In this document: in pieces, positions 51,986 through 64,000 of the stretch
Layout of the letters: each line of letters starts with the position of its first letter
How positions within the stretch are numbered: position 1 is the stretch's first letter
Source of the DNA: Podarcis cretensis
Lineage: Eukaryota
DNA length: 64,000 nt
Direction of reading: 5' to 3'
NCBI GenBank assembly: GCA_951804945.1
Contig: OX638154.1
Coordinates: 51,646,001-51,710,000, forward strand
Translations under genes and position numbers: made by a program
The notes under the pieces: model-generated
Database searches by the model: none
What the model was told of the DNA's origin: nothing
Seen by the model: the letters and a program-made list of their open reading frames with translations, nothing else

Positions 51986-52385
51986 ATGTTCGTTTTGCTG
52001 TCTTGTTTTATTTGCCAGTTAGCGGATAAACCTGTAGTTACCCTGGCAGGAGCTCCAAAATACCACAACTCTGTGGGAGTGAATCCTACCTGTCCATGTG
52101 TTAGAAAGCAGAACTCAAACAAAATTCTGTGAAAGCGAAATGCTCTTGCTTGGCCACTCACACAGACAAGAAAAAGGAGGAACGGCTGGAACTGTTCACC
52201 TTTCAGCAGAAGAAGGGTGTGCCATGAATCATTTCCACATGAACAATTTGGCTGCTGAAACAATAGCACTTACATGATGTATCAATAGAATACGGCGTTC
52301 TTGATAGGATAGTATGGAAGTGCTGCTGTTTGTAATACATTACACGTGTCATATATGGGAATGTTGAGGGTGGCAGGAGAGGATA

Positions 52386-52611
52386 CAGTGGTACCTCGGG
52401 TTACGTATGCTTCAGGTTACAGACTCCGCTAACCCAGAAATATTACCTCGGGTTAAGAACTTTGCTTCAGGATGAGAACAGAAATCGTGCTCTGGCGGTG
52501 CGGCGGCTGCGGGAGGCCCCATTAGCTAAAGCAGTGCTTCAGGTTAAGAACAGTTTCAGGTTAAGAACGGACCTCCGGAACGAATTAAGTACTTAACCCG
52601 AGGTACCACTG
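52386..52611. mobile_element. pogo/Tigger-like MITE, 226 bp
   Basis: Perfect 18-bp TIR CAGTGGTACCTCGGGTTA, TA flanks, internal CAGGTTAAGAAC repeats. Confidence 0.92.
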
Positions 52612-52704
52612 TATATTGATTCCTTCCTAACTTGCGCTAGCAAGTTTCTTCACTTAGTAGAGTACATTCCCCCTTTATGCAGCAGAAAACTGGTTGCAGA
52701 CTCG

Positions 52705-53204
52705 TGTGAGCCTCTTAAGACAATAAACAATTCAATCTGGCTTGCCCTGGTAAGGCATCTTTGATCCCTCCTAAAAGAATAAAGGCACCATAGTCTTATT
52801 CATAAGTAACAAAAAGTAGTTTTACTCACGATCAGGCAGAGCACAGTGTGATCCCTGAAGGCAGGCTTTAGGCTTAAAGTTACAAATATGTACAAACAGG
52901 TTTACCCCATATGGGAGATAACCTGGGGAGACTGCTGCCTGGCAGCCAGCTAGCAGTACAGTCCAGGTGAATCAGGAAGTTTGCAGGATGAAAAAGAAGA
53001 TCGAAGAAAGGGGAGGTGGCTGCGTGACTTAGCCTTTTACCAGGTCTGGAAAGGTCACGCCCATCTACTAGTCACATGCAAGGAAGGATGCTCCAGGCCA
53101 AGAGGGAACAGGAAGTTCGACTGACTGGATCAACATCCCCTGCATGACCACTCTAGGCAAAACAGGTAATGTACTTGACTGCTCCCAGTGGATTACATCC
53201 CACA
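52705..53204 (-). mobile_element. Possible solo LTR, ~500 bp
   Basis: TGTG...CACA ends; on the minus strand a GGGCGTG box, TATA-like GGTAAAAGG, a pyrimidine-rich stretch and AGTAAA occur in LTR order. No clean TSD. Confidence 0.45.
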
Positions 53205-53965
53205 TCATACCACCAGTAGCATGAGTTGTTGGCACCCGGGGCCAGCAAGCCACCAACACTGCCAGTGCACCCCTCCACCAAAGCCAAGCAGGGGTGCACC
53301 ACTTGCCCACCCACATAGTCATCACCCAAGTGAGCCTCACTCTTACCTCCCTGCTGCTGCTGCTACCACCATCTTCCCCCCTGCCCCCAGCTAAATTTAC
53401 AAACCATTTTAAAAGGGGGGGGTTTACTGTCCAAAGCATCACTTAACAGCTTGAAAAATCTGCATTTTGGCCCCATGTTTACATGCTAAACTTTATCCTA
53501 ATATTGTTCTAGACATGCACACAACCCTATGCACATACTACATTTATGCAAACAGGAGGTATTCTCAGAAAGTGTGGACAGTAGGAAAAGTTACTGCCGC
53601 TCCACACAGCAAGCTGTGTTTCCTTTGTTGTAAGGCAGCTACACACAAAACTGCAGCTACAAAACCTGTGCAAAAGTTTTCAGGGCACAAAAGGGTTTGG
53701 ATAAGGGAGGTCTCTTCTGCCTTCTCTCCCACAACACTAATACACTGCCTGCCTCTTGCTATCAGAGAGAAAGAGAATAGCATCCACGTTGAAAGAAAGT
53801 AAACAAACCTTACTTAAATGTTGTTGGGTTTTTTGGAAACTATCCACCATGCAAAGTGCAAGATTATTCATGGGGTAATACAGGTGCCTGAGAAACAAAC
53901 TTAACGCTCCCTTTTCCTCCAGATTCCACTGCCAAAGATCTGGAAAGCTACTTTATGGGCATGTA

Positions 53966-54177
53966 CAGTGGTACCTCAGGTTAAAGACGCTTCAGGTTAC
54001 AGACTCCGCTAACCCAGAAATAGTACCACGGGTTAAGAACTTTGCTTCAGGATAAGAACAAAAATTGTGCAACAGCGGGAGGCCCCATTAGCTAAAGTGG
54101 TGCTTCAGGTTAAGAACAGTTTCAGGTTAAGAACAGACCTCCAGAATGAATCAAGTTCTTAACCAGCGATACCACTG
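53966..54177. mobile_element. Second, more diverged copy of the 52386-52611 MITE, 212 bp
   Basis: Same internal sequence and orientation with a short internal deletion; TA flanks; decayed right TIR. Confidence 0.9.
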
Positions 54178-54819
54178 TATGTAAATGCCATGGGTAGTGT
54201 TCAATGAAGTTTTACTCAGAGCAGACCTACTGAAATTAATGGACCTAGCTTAAGTCATGTTCATAAATTTTCATGTGTCTTCTCCAAGTAAAACTTAGTT
54301 GAATTACTAAGTAAAGGCAGCTTAAGATGATCATCACCTCCCCTTAGTCAGGATCCTTCATACATGCATAAACCCACTTAAAAGATCTGGAAACAGCACA
54401 AGAGGCGGGGGCAACAACGTGCTTTGCACAGTTTGGGAAGTTTCTAGTAAAGCCATGCAAATCTCAAGAAAATGAGCCAAGCCACACATAGCTTGACTGA
54501 TGCTCCCTATAAAGTGGGTACATTTTCCTATATAAGCACTGTTTAGAATCAATTAATTTTTTTTGTACTTGCAAAAGTTGTAGGAAAGCTATGCTAGCAT
54601 GTTGGAAGTTTTCTTGTTATGTATATTTACAGGCAAAATTCCTGTAGAGAGTGAGCAGATTTTCATTTTCTACTGTTGACCCCCCTCATGAAGGTCAATC
54701 ACCTTCAATCTGGAATCCTCACTACCTGTTTTCAGCCCTGAAATAAGTCTAATAGAGTGTGTTTAAGAATCTACAGACTATAGTTTCCTGAATAACCACA
54801 GTTAGCCACACCATAGCTC

Positions 54820-55090
54820 TCCGGTCTTAGCTCCCAGGTCTGTTTCTGGAGCCAATTTATGGTGCTGCTTTTAACTTCCAAATGCCTAAATGGCTTACAG
54901 GGCCTAGGTATCTCAAGGACTACCTGCTGCCAAACAAGCCTGCTCACCCTAAGATCTTCATGATGTGCTTTTTTGCAAGATTATAATGTGATCAGGGATA
55001 TGATTTTTGTTTTGTTTTGCAGCATCTTGCTTTTGGAATCTGCCTCCCGCTGCTATCTCTGTTATCTTTTCCATGCCAGGTAAAGGCTTT
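54820..55090 (+). mobile_element. Degraded L2-like 3' fragment
   Basis: gggcctaggtatctcaaggactacct...ctaagatctt resembles the L2 ORF2 end (GP.YLKD.L...LRS); boundaries approximate. Confidence 0.45.
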
Positions 55091-55195
55091 TTAAAAAAAA
55101 ATCTGTCTGGATTTGACTTAGGATATGGGTTTATCTGGCTTAAGTGCTCTTTTGTTTTGCAGTCATCTTCTGTGTTGTTGTATTTTTATTGCTAC

Positions 55196-55999
55196 TGTCA
55201 GAGCTGCCCCTAGGTCCCAGCTCACAGAGGACCAACGCCCGATCGTCGTTATGTACAAAAGTCTTTATTGAAGTTCAACTTCAGCCCTACGTCTTAAACC
55301 CTAGACCGGCGAAATCCCGTCTGAATCTCCTCCCCTCTGACACCAGTTTAAGATCCTAGCCCTGCTCCACTTTTTCCGTTGTTCTCTCCTCCTCTGGGTC
55401 CTCCTGCCCGCCGGGGCTTTCCCCTTTCTGGACTCTTCCGACGCTGAGTCGGCTGACTCCTCCCCCTGTCTCCGGCGGGCTTTAGGACCCGGTTCCCAAT
55501 CCTCATTCTCTGCTGTCCCACGCTCCTGTACATTTGAACTTGCCTCTCGCGCCAACCCAGTGACCTTCCTCCTGACCGTCACACTGCTTCTGTCACTGCT
55601 TCCCTCTTCCGGGATACTGCCCGGATCTGACCTCCCCTCCGTTTTCTGGCTCTCCGACGGAGGCGTGGCCAGCCCTGACTTATCTTCACTCCCTGGTGTG
55701 GAATCCTCTGCCCTCGATACCTGGGACTCTTCCCCCCCCCAACTTCTGGTGGGGAAGTTGGTCCTGATTTCCAACTGCTACTCTGGGAGTCCCTGCTGGC
55801 CCCTTGCTCCTGGAGTGTCCCCCTTGGGAATCCCCTTGCCCTGGCCACTGGCGCCCCCCTCTGTGAATCTTCCGATTCGCTGGAGAGGCTCATGGAATCT
55901 CTCGGGCCACTGTCATCTTCTTCTACGCTGCCCTCAGATTCTTCCCCTTCGCTCTCCATCTCCCCTCTTCCCTGTGCTTCTGCTCCTGAGCCCCTGACA
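55196..55999 (-). mobile_element. Solo LTR (Gypsy/BEL-like), 804 bp
   Basis: TGTCAG...CTGACA termini, perfect 5-bp TSD GCTAC (55191-55195 and 56000-56004), minus-strand AATAAA at 55264-55269, GC- and CpG-rich relative to flanks. Confidence 0.9.
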
Positions 56000-58900
56000 G
56001 CTACATACAACATTTCAAACTTTTGCAAACTGCTCTGGTAGGCTGTATATACCGGGGGGGGGCGGTCTGTGTCCCCAAAGACGTTGTTGAACTTCAGTTC
56101 CATCATCCCTGGCCACTGGCCAAGCTGGCAGGAGCTAATGGGAACTAGAAGTTAGCAACAGTTGGAGTATCACAAGGCTTCAGTCCTAGTACCGTTCATG
56201 TTAACTATTAATCAGTGCTTTTCAGACTCCTACTTCATCAGCTAAACAGGCCCAACATTTCCAGCTTCTCATGTAACACAGAATGCATGCAGTTGAGAAC
56301 TGAGGCTGCATATTGTCTAAATTTTGTTCCAATTTAAAAACAGTCTTTCTTAAACAGAGTGACCTATACTGGACACACTATTTCAGGGAAGGTCTCACCC
56401 AAGTACCGTAATCTAAGAATTATAATTTTCCTCCTTTGCTGATGCCTCAAATTGGAGACTGCAGCTAATATTTTAGATGCAAAGGGGGCAGGCAGTTCTG
56501 CAAGTAAATCTACTTCCTCTTCTGAAACTAAAAGGGGTGGAGGAATGGGAATGGAAGGTCAGTTTCAAGCTCTTGTTCCACCCAGTTGCCCATACAGATC
56601 GTAATTTGAAATGGGAAAACCTAATGTTCCTGACTTCAGAAGGTAAAAGTACAAGACCTGCAACTACTATTGTTTTTGACATGAGCACTAAGGTAGTTGC
56701 AGAGATGCCTATGGATAGTGCACAAGAGGAAGAGAATTAAAAGGCAGCAGGTGATTTTTTTTTTTTATGGTGATGCAGATTCAAAAAAGGACTTGGTAGA
56801 AGTTGTGGCCAATTTGCCACAATATAGGGGCAAAACCTACCCAAAAGTGATTATCAAGTAAAGCTGGAAATTCTCTTGCCTGGTTTTATCAGATGAAAAA
56901 TCAGCCTTTGTGTACTGATCAATCAGAATCTTCTAACCAAGTAAACTCATGAACATGCTTTATACTTAATACTGGATTTTTGCTCCGATATTTGAAAAAC
57001 AAAATTCTCTAGCTTTCCTACACACGGCTTCATTTTCAGTAAAATGTAGCATAAGTCCCATAGCCACAATACAAGCAATGTGAACTAGCAAGAGCTATTT
57101 TATGGTGCATATTGTTTCTTATATAACTGGGTGGGGAAGAAGGAATATCTTAATTAATGCTTAATTTCTAAATAAAAGGTATGGAGTCAATCTTCTGAAA
57201 ATCATATTTAGGCCTTCTTACATGAAAGCTCTTTCCTTGTCCATAGATGTGCAAAGAATACTTGACAGGGGGATGGGGCTAGAGATTATGAGACCGTGAC
57301 ATTCTGCACATGTGTAATGGCACATGTTCCTAAATAACACCCTTCAACTGTCCTGATTTAAGTGAGACATCCCATTTTGGGGTGCCGTGCTCTCATGAGA
57401 GTCACATGGCCTTAAAAAAACAACCACATTTTGGGGGGGGGTGCTTTTACTCAAGTCACCTGGCTCTCACAAGATCGCGGCCCTGAAATATGTGTGTTCT
57501 AGTTTTCCTCTGGGGCATGATGGAGGATATGAGTAAGTGCTGTACAAGACCTACTGTGATGAAAACAGCAGGGTTAGGAATTGCAGCTCTACCAAGTCAA
57601 AATTTTACCTGCCATCACTGCTATTTGAACAGGTAGACACAAAAATGAAGTCTCAGTAGCCTGCTGCCAACACCTCTACCAGGCTTTAGTTCAAGATCAC
57701 TTAGTGGCCACAGAACAAAGACATATTCAGCTTTCCTTTTTGGGAGTGTCTCTTAACTTACTAGTTCTAAACAATGCAAGAGGGAGGAGTTGTCTTTAGA
57801 CCAGCAGTGCTGTGTTGCCTTGGCCGTCGGCTATTCATAGGCCTGTACCTGATGGGAGCTTATACATATTATTTTAAAACGGGCATGGGGAACCTGTAGC
57901 CCTTCAAATATCCAACACCCATGAGCCCAAAAAGCAAGACCAGGGATGATGGGAACAGTAGTCCAGAACAGTGGAGGACTTTGAGCTTTAAAACTGTGAC
58001 ATCAAAATTTGGTGTCCCCTCCCACCTCTCGGCTTCTGTTATTTGTCAGTGTTGAGGTGCCTTCTTGGCTTGACGCCCAATGCAGCCAAACCAGTTGCAC
58101 TCCTCTAAATCTGCCTCTGTCCAAAAACACCTGGAGGATGACAAGTTCCCCATCCCTGTATTAAAACTAAAAAGTAAAGGGGAAACAACAATGTTACTTG
58201 AAGGGAGAAATACATGAAGACATCAGCTAGCAGGAGCAGTATCTTCTAGTGGCTTTGGGTAATTAACCAGTCTTTAGCCTGCTCAAGAAAGGCAGGTCTT
58301 TCCTTCCACTATAATCTTTTCTGGCATTCAAACTCAGTTTAGCCTACATGTAAACTGATTTGCTGGATGGATTTGAGTTCTGCATGTGTTAGCTTTTCAG
58401 TTTGCAAACTGAAAACACACAACCTTTCCTCTGTAGGACTATTCACCCACCTCTACCTATGCACCCTATGCACCAGTGATGTTGGAGGACATTTTGGGGA
58501 AATCAAAATTTAAAAAGGCTTGACAGAGCCAGCAAGTGAAGATCAGTGAGAAGGCTGCAGAATAAGGGGACAGTTTTAAATAAAAGCTCAGGTGGCCTTT
58601 ATGTGAAATTCAGATCCATAACCCCAAGGAAATATGGAGGAAAGGGTGGGAACATTCTGATACTGTAGGTCATAATCAAGAATGGCTTTTAGATGATACA
58701 CGCCAAAGTTTGTGGCACATGGGGAAGTGCTATAATGATTCATCAGGAATTGAGAATAGCAGTGTCCCCTCATTAACTATCAGGCATAGACTCAATTGCC
58801 TTTAGTTGCCAGAGCAACCAAAAGGAACAGAAGAAGTCAAGCTCCAATTAAAGGCAATTTAATGTCCCTACTCAGTACACTCATTGTGTAATATGTGCAG

Positions 58901-59154
58901 TCAAGGCATCTCATCAACAAAACTTAGCAAATAGCTGCTTAGGGCAACATCATCCACTCAAGCCAGGGACAAAGCTCCACTAAGACTGGAGAGAAACAGC
59001 ATCTGGCTCAGGTTGTCAGGATCCAATTTCCAGCAAAAAATGCAAAATGAGCTGCATTTTGTGCATTTTAGCTGTTATTTATGTCACCTTAGTTTGCATT
59101 GCAGAAAGAGTAGGAAGGAAAAGAGACAGTAGTGAGGAACACCGTTCACTGTTT

Positions 59155-59260
59155 CATAAGAACCTAAGATCTCTGCAAGATTAGACCAAAAGTCTATCCA
59201 GTCCAGCACCCTGCTTCTTCCAACAGATGCCAGCCAACAGTCTCCAGAAAGCAAAGCACA
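59155..59260 (-). mobile_element. CR1-like 3'-end remnant
   Basis: cataagaacctaaga...agaccaaaagtctatccagtccagc resembles antisense CR1 tails; a similar remnant lies at ~34340-34870. Confidence 0.4.
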
Positions 59261-60544
59261 AAGATTTAACCTGCTGTATGCTTCCAGCAACTTATACAAA
59301 GAGCTGGCACGCTTCCAAACATGGATTAACATTTTGTTGTCCTAACTATTCATTGAGCTATTAAACTAGGACTATCTAATATCCATCCAAAATCATCTTA
59401 AGGGCCAGACTAAATGCAGTACCATTTACAATATTAGCAGATGTGTTTATATTTTTAAAGAATAACAGGCCGCCTGCCAGGACGGTTCCAATCCAGATCA
59501 TGGTCTTGATCTGCTATTTGTATTGGAATAAAGCCCCCATTCACACTTATCATTTCAGAAACCTGGCTCAATAAATCACGGGTGACAATAGTACAATTCC
59601 TTCTCCCTCCTCAGCACCAGTCTCTTAAATTAGAATCAGTACAACCTCATGCTATCTCCTCCTCCACTGCCATCACTCACCTCTGACCTTTTTCCTTCCC
59701 TCTGTGCAACTTAAATGTTCAGTATAGCATTTAAAAAACATGCCTCTTGTGCTGTACATCTGTTATAGTAATAATTGTGTGGCAATTCAGAAGCTGAGAG
59801 TCTGCATCCGCCCACTCTCCATCTCATTAAGTATGAGGGTTTTTTATGCTTTCTCTAACCCAGGACCAGGGTGGGGGACCATTGTCAATTGTCCTTCAGG
59901 TGTAGATATGCTGCAGTCAAGTAGACTATTAAGACTGCACAGCCTGACCCATGATATTTGCCCATGAAATACAAGGAGTCTTGCATGACTTGAGCTGTAT
60001 GCCCTAGCTCATCCCTCTCTGCAGCCTGCTCACTACTGACTATTATGAGAACCCACATGGTATGCATTGCTTCAGATGGTTTCCTATAGGTGACTAAATT
60101 CAAAATCCACAGGGAGCAGAACAAGGAAAAAGCAGCACTTACCTTGCAAACCTCAGCTTCAGAACTCCTGCTGTATCAAGCAAAGGTCTACTGTTGTGCC
60201 TTAGCTAATTTATACCAATTGGATACACCTGCTGGGGCTGCAGTGAAACAAGAAGCAATGTTATTGCAGGTGGAAAAGCAGCTGCCTTAGTCTCAGCAGG
60301 ATTCTAGAAGACAGTGCTTTAGCTATTGCTCGTGTTATCAAAAGTCACCACCCAATATTCAATAGGTTTCTCTCTATTTAGCAACCTTATTTTTATGACC
60401 ACCCATCAACATACATTCTCTGTACAGCTTACAGAACGAATAATACAATATTAATATGTAATGTGATTAAAGTGAAACAATTAAAACAGTTATATGCAGC
60501 CTTTGAAAAATCTATTAGCATCCTTAAAAAAAAACCTATCGTTT

Positions 60545-60571
60545 GCAGCTGCTGCAGCAGCAGCAGCAGCA
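60545..60571. repeat. Short (CTG)/(CAG) triplet repeat
   Basis: gcagctgctgcagcagcagcagcagca. Confidence 0.8.
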
Positions 60572-61498
60572 AAGCCAGCAAGTGGAAGTGTGAGCAGGTT
60601 CAAACCCCTAGCTAAGCATTATCAGTTCTCTCTTCCAGTTTGACTCATGCACTGAGAGATTAGCTATTAGTGAGCATGATTTGAATATGCAAAGTGGCAC
60701 TGTTCTGAAACTATTCCAAACCACCTCACTGAAAAGCCACCTCCTGGTATGGAAAATTGGATGTGGTGCCTTTCTGTTTAGTTGTTCTACTGTTACATTT
60801 ACACATAGATGTACTATTAGTTCCAAAAGCAAAACCTAATAACTGACAGTGCAATCATATGTTTATTCAATAGAGCTGATTCCTTGGTATATGTGCAGAA
60901 GACAACAGCTTGGATGATTTTGTTAAGAGAGCAAGCATCTGAAAATTGTGAGTTTATTGGTACAGCTCACTCAGTTGAATAATTAATCATATGTTTTGTC
61001 TGCTCATCTATTATATTTGTATATGAGTAAAAACAATAGTTCTGGAGCAAACCCACCTACTTTTTTAGATGTATGACATCATTTTAGAAGAGACATTCTC
61101 TCCTGTCAGACTGAAAGCAGAAAATGTGCCCTAAGATTATGCTTGCCATTTACTGTTTTCAATAACTAGTATGTGTGTTTGTGTATTAATTTAATTCTGT
61201 TTAATTAATCACTCATTTCACCTAACTATTCCTTTGTCCTTTTCAAACTCTCTCTTGCACACAGACCACCCCACGCCGCATCCTCCTCTCTCCTATTCCA
61301 CAGCTCCCCTTGCACACACACCCAGTGATGATGCATGTTACTCTATCTTTAATATTTATAGAATCTTAAGAGCAAGCCTGTCCATTAGCTTGTTCTGAGC
61401 TCATACAAGCATCCCAGAGCTAGTGTACTGAGCAGGCCTTGCCCCCAAGCAAGTCAGAGAGCTTAAGAGCTCGTTATACACAGGTTCCACTTGGGTTA

Positions 61499-61869
61499 AA
61501 GGTAAAGGTAAAGGTACCCCTGCCCGTACGGGCCAGTCTTGCCAGACTCTGGGGTTGTGCGCCCATCTCACTTAAGAGGCCAGGGGCCAGCGCTGTCCGG
61601 AGACACTTCCGGGTCACGTGGCCAGCGTGACATCGCTGCTCTGGCCAGAGCCAGAGCCAGAGCTGCACACGGAAATGCCGTTTACCTTCCCGCTGGTAAG
61701 CAGTCCCTATTTATCTACTTGCACCCAGAGGTGCTTTCGAACTGCTAGGTTGGCAGGCGCTGGGACCGAGCAGCGGGAGCGCACCCCGCCGCAGGGATTC
61801 GAACTGCCGACCTTTCGATCGGCAAGCCCTAGGCGCTGAGGCTTTAACCCACAGCGCCACCTGCGTCCC
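61499..61869 (-). mobile_element. Sauria SINE, full length (second copy)
   Basis: Colinear with 30504-30865; (ACCTTT)n tail; 11-12 bp TSD (C)CACTTGGGTTA at 61488-61498 and 61870-61880; internal CCAGAG triplication. Confidence 0.92.
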
Positions 61870-62797
61870 CACTTGGGTTACCTGGCGCATAAAGAGCTTT
61901 TGAGCTCTCTGCCTTGCTTGTGAGAAAAGGCCAGCTGTGCAATGCTTGTGTGAGTTCGCATGCGAACTCAGATGGCTCTAGGATACTCATGCAAGATCTC
62001 ACAGGCCCATCTGAATTCCTATGAGCTCTTGTAAGCACATCCCAAAGCAGGCACACTAAAAAGGCCTTGCCACCCAAGCAAGGCAGAGAGTTTAAAAACT
62101 CTTTATCCACCAAGTAACCTTAAGTGGACCTGGTGCAAAGAGAGCTTTTAAGGTCTCTAGCTTGCTTGAATTTAACTTGTGCAATTTCAACCAGCCTGCC
62201 TTCAACTGCATATAGCTGAAATTGCACAAAGTAAATGTGCCTAAGATGCAATTTTACTGTATTCTGCAGATAGAGATCAGGCAACCCTATTGAACAGAGT
62301 TGACCATTTATTAGCTGTAGGCTGTCCAATGTGCATGGACAGACAAGGTTTTCCTATCAACTATGCACACTAGGTATCCTCCAACACTACATTTCTACCC
62401 ATCTGTAAAGCTAAGTTAACCATGACCTACTTCAAAGAACTGCTGTGAAGATATATGGGATAACTATTATAAATTATTTGCCATACTAGACATATGATAA
62501 TGTTTATCTACAGTTGGGACCTGCAACAAAACTGCAGTGTGGAGTGCATCTGTCTGGATTCTAGTCAGCCCCTCTCCAGTTTTCCATTTATTAAAAATCT
62601 CAGGAAATTATCCTTCTGTAGCCCCTGAGCTCTCCCCCCTTCTTACAGGGGGATTTACTCATTAAAAAAAATATCTCTGAAAACCTTGTGTTTTCTCTGA
62701 GCCTGCTGATACTTCCCTCCTGTGTGTGGATGGTGCTGTTCTGGCTACATAAGAGTCTACACTGAGTTTGACATTAGAATATACTAGGATACCAGAC

Positions 62798-63531
62798 AGA
62801 AAGTGAGGAGGAATTAAAGAACCTTTTAATGAGGGTGAAAGAGGAGAGCACAAAATATGGTCTGAAGCTCAACATCAAAAAAACGAAGCTCATGGCCACT
62901 GGGCCCATCACCTCCTGGCAAATAGAAGGGGAAGAAATGGAGGCAGTGAGAGATTTTACTTTCTTGGGCTCCACAGCAGTCACGAAATTAAAAGACGCCT
63001 GCTCCTTGGGAGAAGGGCAATGGCAAACCTAGACAGCATCTTAAAAATCAGAGACATCACCTTACCAACAAAGGTTCGTATAGTTAAAGCCATGGTTTTC
63101 CCAGTAGTGATGTATGGAAGTGAGAGCTGGACCATAAAGAAGGCTGATCGCCGAAGAATTGATGCTTTTGAAATATGGTGCTGGAGGAGACTCTTGAGAG
63201 TCCCATGGACTGCAAGAAGATCAAACGTATCCATTCTTAAGGAAATCAGCCCTGAGTGCTCACTGGAAGGACAGATCGTGAAGCTGAGGCTCCAATACTT
63301 TGGCCACCTCATGAGAAGAGAAGACTCCCTGGAAAAGACCCTGACGTTGGGAAAGATTGAGGACACAAGAAGAAGGGGACGACAGAGGATGAGATGGTTA
63401 GACAGTGTTCTCGAAGCCACAAACATGAGTCTGACCAAACTGCGGGAGGCAGTGAAAGACAGAAGTGCCTGGCGTGCTCTGGTCCATGGGGTCACGAAGA
63501 GTCGAACACGACTAAACGACTAAACAACAAC
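62798..63531 (+). mobile_element. 5'-truncated RTE-BovB LINE, 734 bp
   Basis: RT C-terminal peptides (GLKLNIKKTKLM; KAMVFPVVMYGSESWTIKKADRRRIDAFEIWCWRRLLRVPW), (CAA)n tail, 12-bp TSD AGGATACCAGAC (62786-62797 and 63532-63543). Confidence 0.95.
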
Positions 63532-64000
63532 AGGATACCAGACTGCCTGTCTGGTAGAATTAAACTGAGGAAGATGATATTTGGTGACAAAATAAGTAAC
63601 TCTGAGCTCTTGATAACCAAGTTTAGTTTCCATATTCCATATGTCCACTTCTTATTTCTCAGGAGTTTAGATGTTCTCCATTTTTTGCTAATTCCCACTT
63701 TATGTCTGCTCAGGTAAGGCAAGCAGCTGTGAGAGGAGGCATTTTACCTCACCTGCAAATTGGTCCCAGTGGGGCTCAGTGGATGCTAGATTTAGTTCTG
63801 CCCAGATGCAGGGAGAATAATTAGAATAAGCTTATTACTCCCCAGGTCTGAACAATTTCCTTTCATTTTCATATTTTGCATACAGCTGAAAGGAATATAG
63901 ATAAATAAGTAAGTAAATAAATTGAAATGTGTAGAGGAAATAATGGACCCAGTCTTGGGGCCTATTTTCAAAATGCTTGTTTTTAGTCCTGAAGTGTACT

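Noticed and set aside
56477-56740. 87-aa ORF downstream of PTPRF
   Set aside because: No recognisable homology or exon context; length within chance expectation.
62980-63495. 171-aa minus-strand ORF
   Set aside because: Antisense frame of the BovB reverse transcriptase region.

Overview
Vertebrate (squamate, probably lizard; inferred from Sauria SINEs and BovB) genomic DNA, not prokaryotic. The + strand carries the 3' two-thirds of PTPRF (LAR receptor tyrosine phosphatase). I assembled 20 constitutive GT-AG coding exons (4384-50501) that join in frame to 3372 nt (1123 aa plus stop). They encode the end of FNIII-5, FNIII-6 to 8, a furin-type site, the transmembrane helix, the wedge, catalytic PTP D1 and pseudo-catalytic D2, followed by a ~1.5 kb 3' UTR ending near 51985. 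Three frame-preserving micro-exons matching known LAR-family inserts (27 nt, 12 nt, 33 nt) are present but not resolved by the ORF track. Two further 18-nt micro-exon candidates that I do not recognise were found; the best is a GC-donor exon at 13931-13948 adding PPPCPQ, with an extra extracellular Cys, next to the membrane. Introns and the 3' flank hold TA-flanked Tc1/mariner-superfamily MITEs, two Sauria SINEs, a BovB LINE, RTE and L2 fragments, a solo LTR with a perfect 5-bp TSD and microsatellites. No second protein-coding gene, CRISPR array or clearly new multi-gene system is supported; most short ORFs in the track are noise. Orthologue comparisons are from memory and need database confirmation.
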